The notes under the pieces were generated by a model. The model ran no database searches. It was not told the DNA's origin and worked only from the letters and a program-made list of their open reading frames with translations. Positions 36,945 through 44,867 of a stretch of DNA of 64,000 bases are shown piece by piece; within the stretch, counting starts at the first letter, position 1, and each line of letters opens with the position of its first letter. A program made the position numbers and the translations under genes. This stretch comes from Pseudomonadota bacterium. Its GTDB lineage: Archaea; Thermoplasmatota; SW-10-69-26; JACQPN01; JAJPHT01. The stretch spans positions 99,493-163,492 of the forward strand of contig JAJPHT010000039.1 in NCBI GenBank assembly GCA_021325135.1, given 5' to 3'.

Positions 36945-37061
36945 TCACTTGGCCTTCTTGGCGGACTTCTTGCGAGCGCTCTTCTTGGCGCCCTTCTTCG
37001 CGGTCTTGCGACCCTTCTTGGCGGTCTTGCGCGCGGCCTTCTTCGAGGACTTGGCAGCCAT
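36945..37061 (-). CDS. 38 aa histone-H1-like Lys/Ala-rich protein (not in ORF track)
   Basis: MAAKSSKKAARKTAKKGRKTAKKGAKKSARKKSAKKAK*; all Lys codons are AAG; GAGGGTG upstream; T-rich tract downstream. Confidence 0.8.
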   Translation of the reverse strand: MAAKSSKKAARKTAKKGRKTAKKGAKKSARKKSAKKAK

Positions 37062-37225
37062 TGGCTTAGCACCCTCGGATCGAAGATGCTGTTTGATGGA
37101 ATAAGAACCTGCCGAAAAGTGTCGAACTCACGCGTCGCGCCGGCCATCGTTCGGAGATGATCGCATTTTCGCGCGCGGCTTCGATAGCTCGATACGCGCT
37201 GCCCCGAGAAAAACGTTGCCGCGCT

Positions 37226-37591
37226 CTAGTACAGCGGCAACGATCCCGTGATCTTGTCCACGTCCGCGTCGCGCGCGGGGCCGATGCCGAGCACCGTGAT
37301 GGTGCCGGCCGGCAGCTCCGTGTGGCCCGCGTCCGCGATGAGGGCGGTGGTGAGCCCCAGCCTCTCGGCCTCCAGCTTCAGCCGGAAGAGGTCGGCCTCC
37401 TTCTCCGCCTTCACGACGACCTTCTTCTGCCCCTCGTCCTTCCACGCCTCGAACACGTCCTTCTGGTGGCGCATGGCTTTCAGCGCGCAGTCCACCGAGG
37501 CGTGCCCCACCTGCGCCGCGAGCTTGCCCGCGCTGAGCTTCAGGTCCTTGCGGGCGACGATCACGAGCTTGGTCCCGAGCGAGGGGGGCAT
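37226..37591 (-). CDS. pth2: peptidyl-tRNA hydrolase Pth2
   Basis: Motifs R.DL..S.GKLAAQVGHA, GQKKVV.K, DAGHTE..GT.T.LGIGP and ITG.L.L. Confidence 0.96.
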   Translation of the reverse strand: MPPSLGTKLVIVARKDLKLSAGKLAAQVGHASVDCALKAMRHQKDVFEAWKDEGQKKVVVKAEKEADLFRLKLEAERLGLTTALIADAGHTELPAGTITVLGIGPARDADVDKITGSLPLY

Positions 37592-37651
37592 CGTTTCCTC
37601 GAATCCGGGTGGGGCACTTGTCTCTATCTAGGCCGCCTGGTCAGGCCTGCT

Positions 37652-37728
37652 CGATGCAACCCGAACCCACGAACCACCGGACCAGAGTCTTACTGTGGTC
37701 CGGTGGTTCGTGGGTTCGGGTTGCATCG
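37652..37728. repeat. perfect 33 bp inverted repeat in the divergent pth2/GGR intergenic region
   Basis: CGATGCAACCCGAACCCACGAACCACCGGACCA-N11-exact reverse complement. Confidence 0.92.
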
Positions 37729-37785
37729 TGGAGCGCGAGCCGATGGCCCAACCTTTTTCAGCCGGCCCAGCCTGGCGAATGACAG

Positions 37786-38991
37786 ATGCGCGACGCGCTG
37801 GTGGTGGGGGGCGGCCCCGTGGGCGGCCAGGCCGCACGCCTCCTCGCCGCGAAGGGGCACGACGTCCTCCTGGTGGAGGAGCACGCCCGCGTCGGCGAGC
37901 CCGTCCAGTGCGCGGGGCTCTTCACGCCGCGCATCTTCGACCTGGTGGACTTTCCGCTCTCCCGCGTCCACCTCAACGACGTGCGCGGCGCGAACGTCCA
38001 CAGCCCGTCGGGGAAGACCGTCACCCTGGACGGAGGCAAGACCATGGCCGTCGCGGTGGACCGCGGCGAGTTCGACCGGCAGTGCGTCGAGAGCGCGCAG
38101 CGCGCGGGGGCGGAGGTGCGCACGCGCGTGAAGGCCGTTTCCGCCGAGCGCGACGGAGCGGGGCTCCGGGTCAAGCTGCGCCTCGCGGACGGCTCGGTGG
38201 TCGAGGAGCGCACGCGGCTGCTCGTCGGCGCCGACGGCGTGCAGGGGCAGGTCGCCAAGTGGTTCGGCCTGCCGCGCGCCCGCGAGGTCATCCCCTGCTA
38301 CGGCGCCCAGGTGGAGGGCACGAAGCTCACGCCCACGCACGTCGAGATGTGGGTGGGCCGCGAGCGCGCGCCGGGCTTCTTCAGCTGGATGATCCCCACC
38401 AACGCGGAGGGCACCGCGGGCAAGGTCGAGGTGGGCGTGGACGTGAAGGCGCCCCAGCCCGCCCGCTTCTACTACGAGCGCATGTGGAAGGACGACGCCT
38501 CGGCGCGCTTCCTCCGCGACGACGCCTACTCCTGCTTCGACATCTGCGCCTGCATCCCGCTTGGACCCATCAAGGCGACCACCGCCGCGAACGTGGCGCT
38601 GGTGGGCGACGCGGCGGCGCAGACCAAGCCCACCTCGGGCGGCGGCGTCTACACGGGCCTCGTCTGCGCGGGCCACCTCGCCGACGTGGCGGACGCTGCG
38701 CTGCGCGACGGCGACCTCTCCGAGCGCCGCCTCGCGGAGTACCACAAGCGCTGGGACGCGGACATCGGCCGCGAGCTGTACGTCGGCTGGCGCCTGCGCA
38801 AGGCGTTCATGCACCTGCGCGACGACCAGATGGACGAGCTCTTCGCCCTGCTGGACGACCCCGAGCTTCTGGGCATGGTGAACCTCCTGGGCGACATCGA
38901 CTATCCGTCGCGCCTCGCCCGGCCGCTGCTGCGCAAGGCTCCGCACCTGTTCAAGTTCAGCATGCCCTTCGTGCGGTCGCTGTTCGACTGA
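37786..38991 (+). CDS. digeranylgeranylglycerophospholipid reductase (geranylgeranyl reductase family)
   Basis: Motifs VGGGPVG, PVQCAG, DR.EFD, GADG, PG.F.W.IP and GDAAAQ.KP.SGGG. Confidence 0.9.
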   Translation: MRDALVVGGGPVGGQAARLLAAKGHDVLLVEEHARVGEPVQCAGLFTPRIFDLVDFPLSRVHLNDVRGANVHSPSGKTVTLDGGKTMAVAVDRGEFDRQCVESAQRAGAEVRTRVKAVSAERDGAGLRVKLRLADGSVVEERTRLLVGADGVQGQVAKWFGLPRAREVIPCYGAQVEGTKLTPTHVEMWVGRERAPGFFSWMIPTNAEGTAGKVEVGVDVKAPQPARFYYERMWKDDASARFLRDDAYSCFDICACIPLGPIKATTAANVALVGDAAAQTKPTSGGGVYTGLVCAGHLADVADAALRDGDLSERRLAEYHKRWDADIGRELYVGWRLRKAFMHLRDDQMDELFALLDDPELLGMVNLLGDIDYPSRLARPLLRKAPHLFKFSMPFVRSLFD

Positions 38992-38994
38992 GCC

Positions 38995-39813
38995 TCACGC
39001 GCGGCCCAGGTCGCGCCGGTCGAACGCGGCGACGGCGACGCCCACCAGCGCGACCGCGACGCCCGCGAGGACGGCGAGCCCCGCCCAGTCGGGCCCGTGG
39101 AGGATGGCCGGGCTGCCGTCGTAGTACGAGAAGAGGGAGGCCCAGCGCAGCGGGCGCGCGCCCTCGACGAGCTTCGAGACGAGGTCCAGCACGTAGGCCC
39201 CCGCCGCGACGGCGGTCGCGACGGCGATGGCGAGGCCGCGGCGTCCGCGCAGGGCGCCTGCGGCCAGCGCGAGCGCGCCGCACGCGGCGGCCAGGAGGAC
39301 CAGCGAGGCCACCTCCGCGGCGAGCCGGACGAGGCTGAGGTCGAGCCCCACGGCGAGGTCCGCGACGAGGAGCGTGGCGAAGAGGACGAGGCCCAGGACG
39401 AGGAGGCCGGCGCCCAGGGCCAGCGCCTTCTGGAGCGCGGCGGCGCGGCGCGTGAGGGGCGTCGCGAGGACGAGCTCCAGCTGGCCGCGCTCCTCCTCTC
39501 CTGCGATGAGGTCGCTGCCGCGGCCGATGGCGTAGACGAGGAAGAGGATGGGGAGCATGGCGCTGAACAGCTCGGCGTGGAGGTAGCCCGCGCCGGTGGT
39601 CAGGCTGTCGATGCCGAACGCCGTCTTCAGCGCGGGGGGATACGCGTCGAGGATCTGGTCGAACTTCGCGGCCTGGTCGCGCACGGTGGGGAAGAACGCG
39701 GCGAGGAAGCCGACGTAGATCACGATGCCGATGGAGAAGCCCACGAGCGCGCGGCGCTGGTCGCGCAGCGACTTCAGGGCCACGTTGCGCAGGAAGAGGC
39801 CCTCACGCGGCAT
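38995..39813 (-). CDS. ABC-2 type permease
   Basis: Six TM segments and the motif IAGEEERGQLELVLA.P..R. Confidence 0.9.
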   Translation of the reverse strand: MPREGLFLRNVALKSLRDQRRALVGFSIGIVIYVGFLAAFFPTVRDQAAKFDQILDAYPPALKTAFGIDSLTTGAGYLHAELFSAMLPILFLVYAIGRGSDLIAGEEERGQLELVLATPLTRRAAALQKALALGAGLLVLGLVLFATLLVADLAVGLDLSLVRLAAEVASLVLLAAACGALALAAGALRGRRGLAIAVATAVAAGAYVLDLVSKLVEGARPLRWASLFSYYDGSPAILHGPDWAGLAVLAGVAVALVGVAVAAFDRRDLGRA

Positions 39814-40714
39814 GCGGCTCCTCCTCTCCGTAGAATCCGAGGAACACGTCCTCCAGCGTCGGGTCGCGCACGCGGAGATCCACCAGGTCGCCCCGCGCCA
39901 GCGCTTTGACCAGCGCGCCCGTCTCGCCCCTCACGGCGCAGCGGAGATGGTTCCCTTCGACGCGCGCCTCCAGGACGCCGGGCACGTCGCGCAGGAGGGC
40001 GAGGTCGGGCGGCGTCGCGAAGCGCGCGTCCACCCGCCGCAGCGCGCGGGCCTTGAGCCCCTCCATGGTCTCCACCGCGACGAGGCGGCCCTCGCGGATG
40101 ATGCCGACACGGTCGCAGAGCGCCTCCACCTCGGGGAGGACGTGGGAGGAGAGGAAGACCGTGGCGCCGCGCTTCGCGGTCTCGCGCACCAGGGCATTGA
40201 ACCGCTGCTGGATGAGAGGATCGAGGCCGCTGGTGGGCTCGTCGAGGACGAGGAGGTCGGGCTCGTGCATGAACGCCTGGACGAGGCCCACCTTCTGCTT
40301 GTTGCCCCGCGAGAGCGCGCGCACCTCGCGCGCGAGGTCCAGGTCGAGCCGCTGCGCCAGCGCCTCCACGCGCGCCCACTCCACGCCGCCCCTCAGGTTG
40401 GCGAAGTAGCGCAGCTGGTCGCCGACGCCCATGCGCTCGGCGAGGCCCGGCTCGCCGGGGAGATAGCCCACCCGCGCGCGCAGGCTGGGGCCGTCCCTGC
40501 GGGGATCGAGGCCGAGCACGCTCGCCTCGCCCGCGCTGGGCCGCAGCATGTCCAGCAGGATGCGGATGGTCGTGGTCTTGCCCGCGCCGTTGGGGCCCAG
40601 CAGGCCGAACACCTCGCCGCGGCGCACCTCCAGGTCGACGGACTCGATGCCGCGCGCCTTCCCGTAGCGCTTGGTGAGGCCGCGCGTGAGGATGGCGGGC
40701 TCCATCGCCCTCAC
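39803..40714 (-). CDS. ABC transporter ATP-binding protein
   Basis: Motifs GPNGAGKTT, LSRGNKQ, LDEPTSGLDP and SSH. Confidence 0.96.
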   Translation of the reverse strand: MRAMEPAILTRGLTKRYGKARGIESVDLEVRRGEVFGLLGPNGAGKTTTIRILLDMLRPSAGEASVLGLDPRRDGPSLRARVGYLPGEPGLAERMGVGDQLRYFANLRGGVEWARVEALAQRLDLDLAREVRALSRGNKQKVGLVQAFMHEPDLLVLDEPTSGLDPLIQQRFNALVRETAKRGATVFLSSHVLPEVEALCDRVGIIREGRLVAVETMEGLKARALRRVDARFATPPDLALLRDVPGVLEARVEGNHLRCAVRGETGALVKALARGDLVDLRVRDPTLEDVFLGFYGEEEPHAA

Positions 40715-40790
40715 GAGGCCGCGACGACGCTATCAGCGCTTCGGAACCGGCGCTTTGCATCTTCCCTTCCGCGGCATGAACGGGGGCCGC

Positions 40791-41237
40791 TCAGGGCTCG
40801 CGCTGGAGGGAGCGCGCCTCCTCCTCGATGCCCTGGAACGCGGCGCGGGAGCGCAGGGCGAACGCGACGGCGGCGAGGAGGAGGATCAGCGCCGTGAGGC
40901 CGGTGCCCCACGGGTCGCCCAGGAGCTTGTTGAGCGCGGCGACGAGGAAGATGGAGAGGACGATGAGGCCGAGGACCGCGAAGACGAGCGCGATCACCGC
41001 GTCGCGCGCGCCGCGCAGCAGGAGCTTGCCCGCGCGGCCCAGCGCGCCCACGAGGCGGCCCACGAAGGCGAGGCCCGAGCGCTGCGCGGCCTCGATCTCG
41101 CCGCGCAGCGCGCGCACCAGCTCGATGACGGCCGCGACCAGCGCGCTGGCGGTCGCGCGCACGACGTCCTCGAAGCTGTCGCGCTCGGGCGGAGGAGGCG
41201 GCGCTGGGGCGCTCATGATGGAGGAAAAGGACGGCAA
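40791..41237 (-). CDS. two-TM membrane protein (DUF1469/YqjE holin-like)
   Basis: Amphipathic N-terminus followed by two TM segments separated by LG.PW. Confidence 0.55.
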   Translation of the reverse strand: MPSFSSIMSAPAPPPPPERDSFEDVVRATASALVAAVIELVRALRGEIEAAQRSGLAFVGRLVGALGRAGKLLLRGARDAVIALVFAVLGLIVLSIFLVAALNKLLGDPWGTGLTALILLLAAVAFALRSRAAFQGIEEEARSLQREP

Positions 41238-41266
41238 GGCCGGTCAAGGCCTTGCCGGTTCGCGCC

Positions 41267-41491
41267 TCAGAAGGGCGAGGGCACGGGGTCGCAGGTGCAG
41301 GGCCAGGTGCGGGGGTCGAGGCCCGGGGGTAGGCTCGGGACGTCCGGCACGTGGCAGCCGCCCGCCTCGCTGGGGTCGTCCGTGAAGATGCACGGCTGGG
41401 GGTCGCAGGTGCACGGGGGCGCGGCCATGGCGAGGGGCAGCAGCGCGGTCGCGGCGAAGGCCGCGGCGAGGACGAAGGCGGTCGCGCGCAT
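41267..41491 (-). CDS. small secreted peptide with two CTCDP motifs
   Basis: Signal MRATAFVLAAAFAATALLPLAMA followed by APPCTCDPQPC...GC...PCTCDPVPSPF. Confidence 0.8.
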   Translation of the reverse strand: MRATAFVLAAAFAATALLPLAMAAPPCTCDPQPCIFTDDPSEAGGCHVPDVPSLPPGLDPRTWPCTCDPVPSPF

Positions 41492-41739
41492 CAGTGGTCC
41501 ACCGGGATGGGGTCGCACGTGCAGGGAGGGGGCGTCAGCAGGTCGTGGACGCTGGGCAGCGGACCCACGCTGGGCGCGCCGGGCACCGACGGGCAGTAGG
41601 ACTCGTCGCCCACGAGGCAGTGCGCCAGGTTGGTCACGGGGTTGGGATCGCAGGTGCAGTCGGGCCACGCGCTCGCGGGGACGGCCAGCGCCAGGAGCGC
41701 GGCCGCCATCGCGAGAGTGCCCATCGCGAAGATCTTCAT
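41491..41739 (-). CDS. small secreted peptide with two CTCDP motifs (paralog)
   Basis: Signal MKIFAMGTLAMAAALLALAVPASA followed by WPDCTCDP...HC...YC...PCTCDPIPVDH; TGATG coupling to the next gene. Confidence 0.8.
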   Translation of the reverse strand: MKIFAMGTLAMAAALLALAVPASAWPDCTCDPNPVTNLAHCLVGDESYCPSVPGAPSVGPLPSVHDLLTPPPCTCDPIPVDH

Positions 41740-41859
41740 GCTGTCAAGCCTCTTGGCCCGGGGGCGGGCCTTGCCACGCACTCGCACGCCACCACTTGAG
41801 CGTTCCTGCGGCCCTCGTCGCGCGTATCCCATCGGCTGCAACGGGGCTCGTTGACTTGT

Positions 41860-44202
41860 CTAGGGGGCGACGCGCAGGCGCACCGCGCCCCCTTCGCGGC
41901 GGCGCTCCAGGAGGCCCGCGCTGGCGAGGCGCTTCGCGGTGCGCGAGGCGTAGGGGAGCGAGAGCCCCGCCTCGCGCGCGGCCTCGCCCAGCGTGGCGTC
42001 GGGGCGCGACTCGACGGCGCGGAAGAGCCGCCCGCACGGGCCGTCGCGCAGGAACGCGGCGCGGCGCATCTGCGCGGGGCTCATGCTGCCCGCCACGAAG
42101 TAACGGCGGAAGCCGGGCGTCGCGACCGCGACGAGATGCCCTTCGCGCACGAGCACGGCGAGGTGGTGCTCGCCCAGGCCGTGGCCGCTCCCCAGCTCCG
42201 CCGCGAGGGCCGCCGCGTGGATGCCCGGGTCCTCCGAGACGCGGCGCAGGATGCGCTGGCGCGCGGCCGAGTCGAGGACGGCGCTCCCGCGCAGGCGCGC
42301 GAAGAGGCCCAGGAACGCCAGGAGCGCGATCGCGGCGAGGGCGCCCGCGGACGCGATCGCCACGACGAGGACCCTGGAAGGGAGCGCGTCCCCTGGCGCC
42401 TTCCCTGCCACGCCTCCCGCGAGCCCGATGGCGGAGGGGAGGTCGCCCAGCGTGGCGACGCGCGGCATGGCGAGGACGTGCTCGTAGACGCGCCCGTCCG
42501 CGAGCGACACGGCGGCGCGCGTGACGTTGAGCGCGGGGTCCACCGCGACGGGCGTCATGCTCTCCGCGACGGGCGAGCCGACGCCCACCTGCGCGGGGCC
42601 GCTTCCGTCGGACCACGCGCGGTAGAGCGCGAACTCGGCGGGCTGGCCGGCGGACGAGGGGTCGAGCTGCGCCCAGCGCTCCAGCGCGTCCTCGAAGCCG
42701 GCGCCCGTGGAGGGCACGTCCTCCGCGCCCAGGTCGCGGGAGGGCCAACCCAGGTCGTCCACGAGGGAATCCGAGCCCGGGTCGGAGGGCGAGCACGCGG
42801 CGAGGGGGCCCGCGACGGACTTGCACACGACGGCGACGGGCGCCGCGCCGCGGGCGGAGAAGATCAGGCGCCACTCGTGGGTGCGCGCGCCCGTCGCGTG
42901 CTCCACGCGCGTGTCGAGGCGCGCGCCCACCAGCGCCGCGTCGGGGCGCGCGAGGACGCCCTGGAGGTCGCGCAGCGCGAGGCTCGCCCGCGCCGCGTCC
43001 ACGGCGCTGGCCAGCGGGAAGGGGATGCGCCCGCCGCCGTCCGACGGGCCGTGGAGCGGGTCGATGGGGCGCGCCGCGGCGGGGCCCGGAGGAAGGGGCG
43101 CGCTTGCGGACGGGAAGGGCGCGGCGCCCGGCGCGAGGCCCAGCAGGCGGTACGACTCGCCGCGCGCGGGCGCGCCGGCGCTGGCCACGACGCGGCGCGC
43201 CTCCACGGGGTAGGCGACGCCCTGCGCGAACCAGATGACCGCGACGTCGACGGAGGTCGCGTTGCGCGCGGCGCGGGCGACGGGCACGACGCGCAGGCCG
43301 TCGCGCTCCTGGGCCGCGCCGACGCGCCAGCCCGCGCCCCACGCGGGGCAGAGGTCGTCCAGCGCGTCGCCGGGCGTGAGCGTCCGGCCCTGGGTCGGGC
43401 TGCGCAGCAGGCAGGGGAAGCCGTCGGTCGCGCCGAAGCGCATCACCTGGAAGAGGACGCCCTGGTCGGCGTTGGCCGCGCCGGCCGCGACGAGGGCCAG
43501 GCAGCCCGGCCACGACTCGGCCGTGGGCGCGATGCCGGCCCCCTGATAGCGGACGACGAGCTGCGCGTTCCCCTCATCCACGGTGGAGGTGGCCGGGCCG
43601 ACCACCGCGGAGCACGAGCCGCCCGTCTCCACGAAGCGCGCCTCGACGCCGGAGACCGCGCGGCCCCACGCGTCGGGGAAGGTGGCGTTCTCCCAGCGGA
43701 ACGGGACCTTGGAGGAGCCGCCCGTCGAGTAGACGCCCACGTCCGCGAGGCTGGGCAAAGGGACCGCGATGGCGTGCCCTTGGGGCGCAGCCCCGGAGAG
43801 GGCGGCCAGGTCGACCGCGTCCTGAGTGAGGCCGTAGCAGCCTGGCTCGCTCCCGTCCCAACCCGGGTCGGGCGCGGCGACGAAGCCTGCGCGGCCCTCG
43901 CCGAGGCAGCCAGAGAGGTCGACGGTCTGGGCCGAGCACTCGGAGGCCTGCGCGGCGTCGACCGCGACGCAGAGGCTCACCTGGTATCGTCCATCCCCCA
44001 GCGTGAGGCGCTGCTCGGTGACGCCCGCGGCGTAGTCGCGCTCCACGACGACGTCGGCGCCGCCGGAGGCAGGATGGGCGGTGAGCCGGCCGTGCCAGGG
44101 CGCGGTGGAGTCCACGCGCACGGCGAGGGCGCGGTTGGGCGGCGCCGCGGCAGCTGCGGGTCCCAGCAGCAGCGCCACGACGAGGACGGCGACGAGCCTC
44201 AT
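41860..44202 (-). CDS. membrane-spanning regulator: signal peptide, large extracellular region, TM segment, two cytoplasmic wHTH domains
   Basis: After the TM come R.RI...V..DPGI....L...L......HHL..L and LF..V..RP..TL.EAA...G.S....SR..KRL..AGL. Confidence 0.78.
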   Translation of the reverse strand: MRLVAVLVVALLLGPAAAAAPPNRALAVRVDSTAPWHGRLTAHPASGGADVVVERDYAAGVTEQRLTLGDGRYQVSLCVAVDAAQASECSAQTVDLSGCLGEGRAGFVAAPDPGWDGSEPGCYGLTQDAVDLAALSGAAPQGHAIAVPLPSLADVGVYSTGGSSKVPFRWENATFPDAWGRAVSGVEARFVETGGSCSAVVGPATSTVDEGNAQLVVRYQGAGIAPTAESWPGCLALVAAGAANADQGVLFQVMRFGATDGFPCLLRSPTQGRTLTPGDALDDLCPAWGAGWRVGAAQERDGLRVVPVARAARNATSVDVAVIWFAQGVAYPVEARRVVASAGAPARGESYRLLGLAPGAAPFPSASAPLPPGPAAARPIDPLHGPSDGGGRIPFPLASAVDAARASLALRDLQGVLARPDAALVGARLDTRVEHATGARTHEWRLIFSARGAAPVAVVCKSVAGPLAACSPSDPGSDSLVDDLGWPSRDLGAEDVPSTGAGFEDALERWAQLDPSSAGQPAEFALYRAWSDGSGPAQVGVGSPVAESMTPVAVDPALNVTRAAVSLADGRVYEHVLAMPRVATLGDLPSAIGLAGGVAGKAPGDALPSRVLVVAIASAGALAAIALLAFLGLFARLRGSAVLDSAARQRILRRVSEDPGIHAAALAAELGSGHGLGEHHLAVLVREGHLVAVATPGFRRYFVAGSMSPAQMRRAAFLRDGPCGRLFRAVESRPDATLGEAAREAGLSLPYASRTAKRLASAGLLERRREGGAVRLRVAP

Positions 44203-44239
44203 GCCTCCTCCGCGGAGTCCGAGTTACGGGCAGGCCTCA

Positions 44240-44707
44240 TCAAGCTTCGCCCGCGAGGCAGCGGTGGCCAACGGAGACGCTCTGGTCGGTGAGGCCCAGG
44301 CTCGTCGTGAAGTCCACCTCCAGGGCCCGGTGCGGGCACGAGGCCACGTCGACGGAGGAGACGCCGCCCACGAGGACGGAGTGGAGCGTCACGGTGTACG
44401 ACGGGGACTTGGCCGGCACGTCGAAGGCGAGGCGCTCGCCCTCGGCGGGCTCCACGAGGCGCACGAGGACGGGAGCGCCCGTCGCGTCGTCGACCTCCAA
44501 GACCGCGCGCCCAGCGGCGCCCGTGTTGTTGACGACGACGCGCAGCAGGTCGGAGGGCGGCGCGCCGGGCGCCGGAGCAGGGGCCGCCGCCGCGGGCGCC
44601 GGGAGGGCGGGGGCCGGGGCGGAGCCGCCGCGGGGGGCCACGGCGAGGGCGACCACGGGGATGGTGAGGAGCAGCAGGCAGGCGAGGGCGACGGGGAGTT
44701 TTCTCAT
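44240..44707 (-). CDS. secreted hypothetical protein
   Basis: Signal MRKLPVALACLLLL, Pro/Ala linker and a beta-rich domain with a Cys pair. Confidence 0.65.
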   Translation of the reverse strand: MRKLPVALACLLLLTIPVVALAVAPRGGSAPAPALPAPAAAAPAPAPGAPPSDLLRVVVNNTGAAGRAVLEVDDATGAPVLVRLVEPAEGERLAFDVPAKSPSYTVTLHSVLVGGVSSVDVASCPHRALEVDFTTSLGLTDQSVSVGHRCLAGEA

Positions 44708-44867
44708 GGCGGAGCCTCGAAGCGGGACGACTGCCGCCGCGGCCATGAGGAGTTTGGGGAATCCCGGCAACTCCTCCCCACGCCGTTTGCCGGTTTGGTC
44801 ACCTTAAATAGTCGTGCGCACACAACGTTCAAATGGAGCAGGCCCTACTCGCGGCCTGAGCGTTCTC

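Noticed and set aside
40791-41237. Holin-like gene as evidence of a provirus
   Set aside because: No integrase, capsid, terminase or att-like repeats nearby; this family is commonly chromosomal
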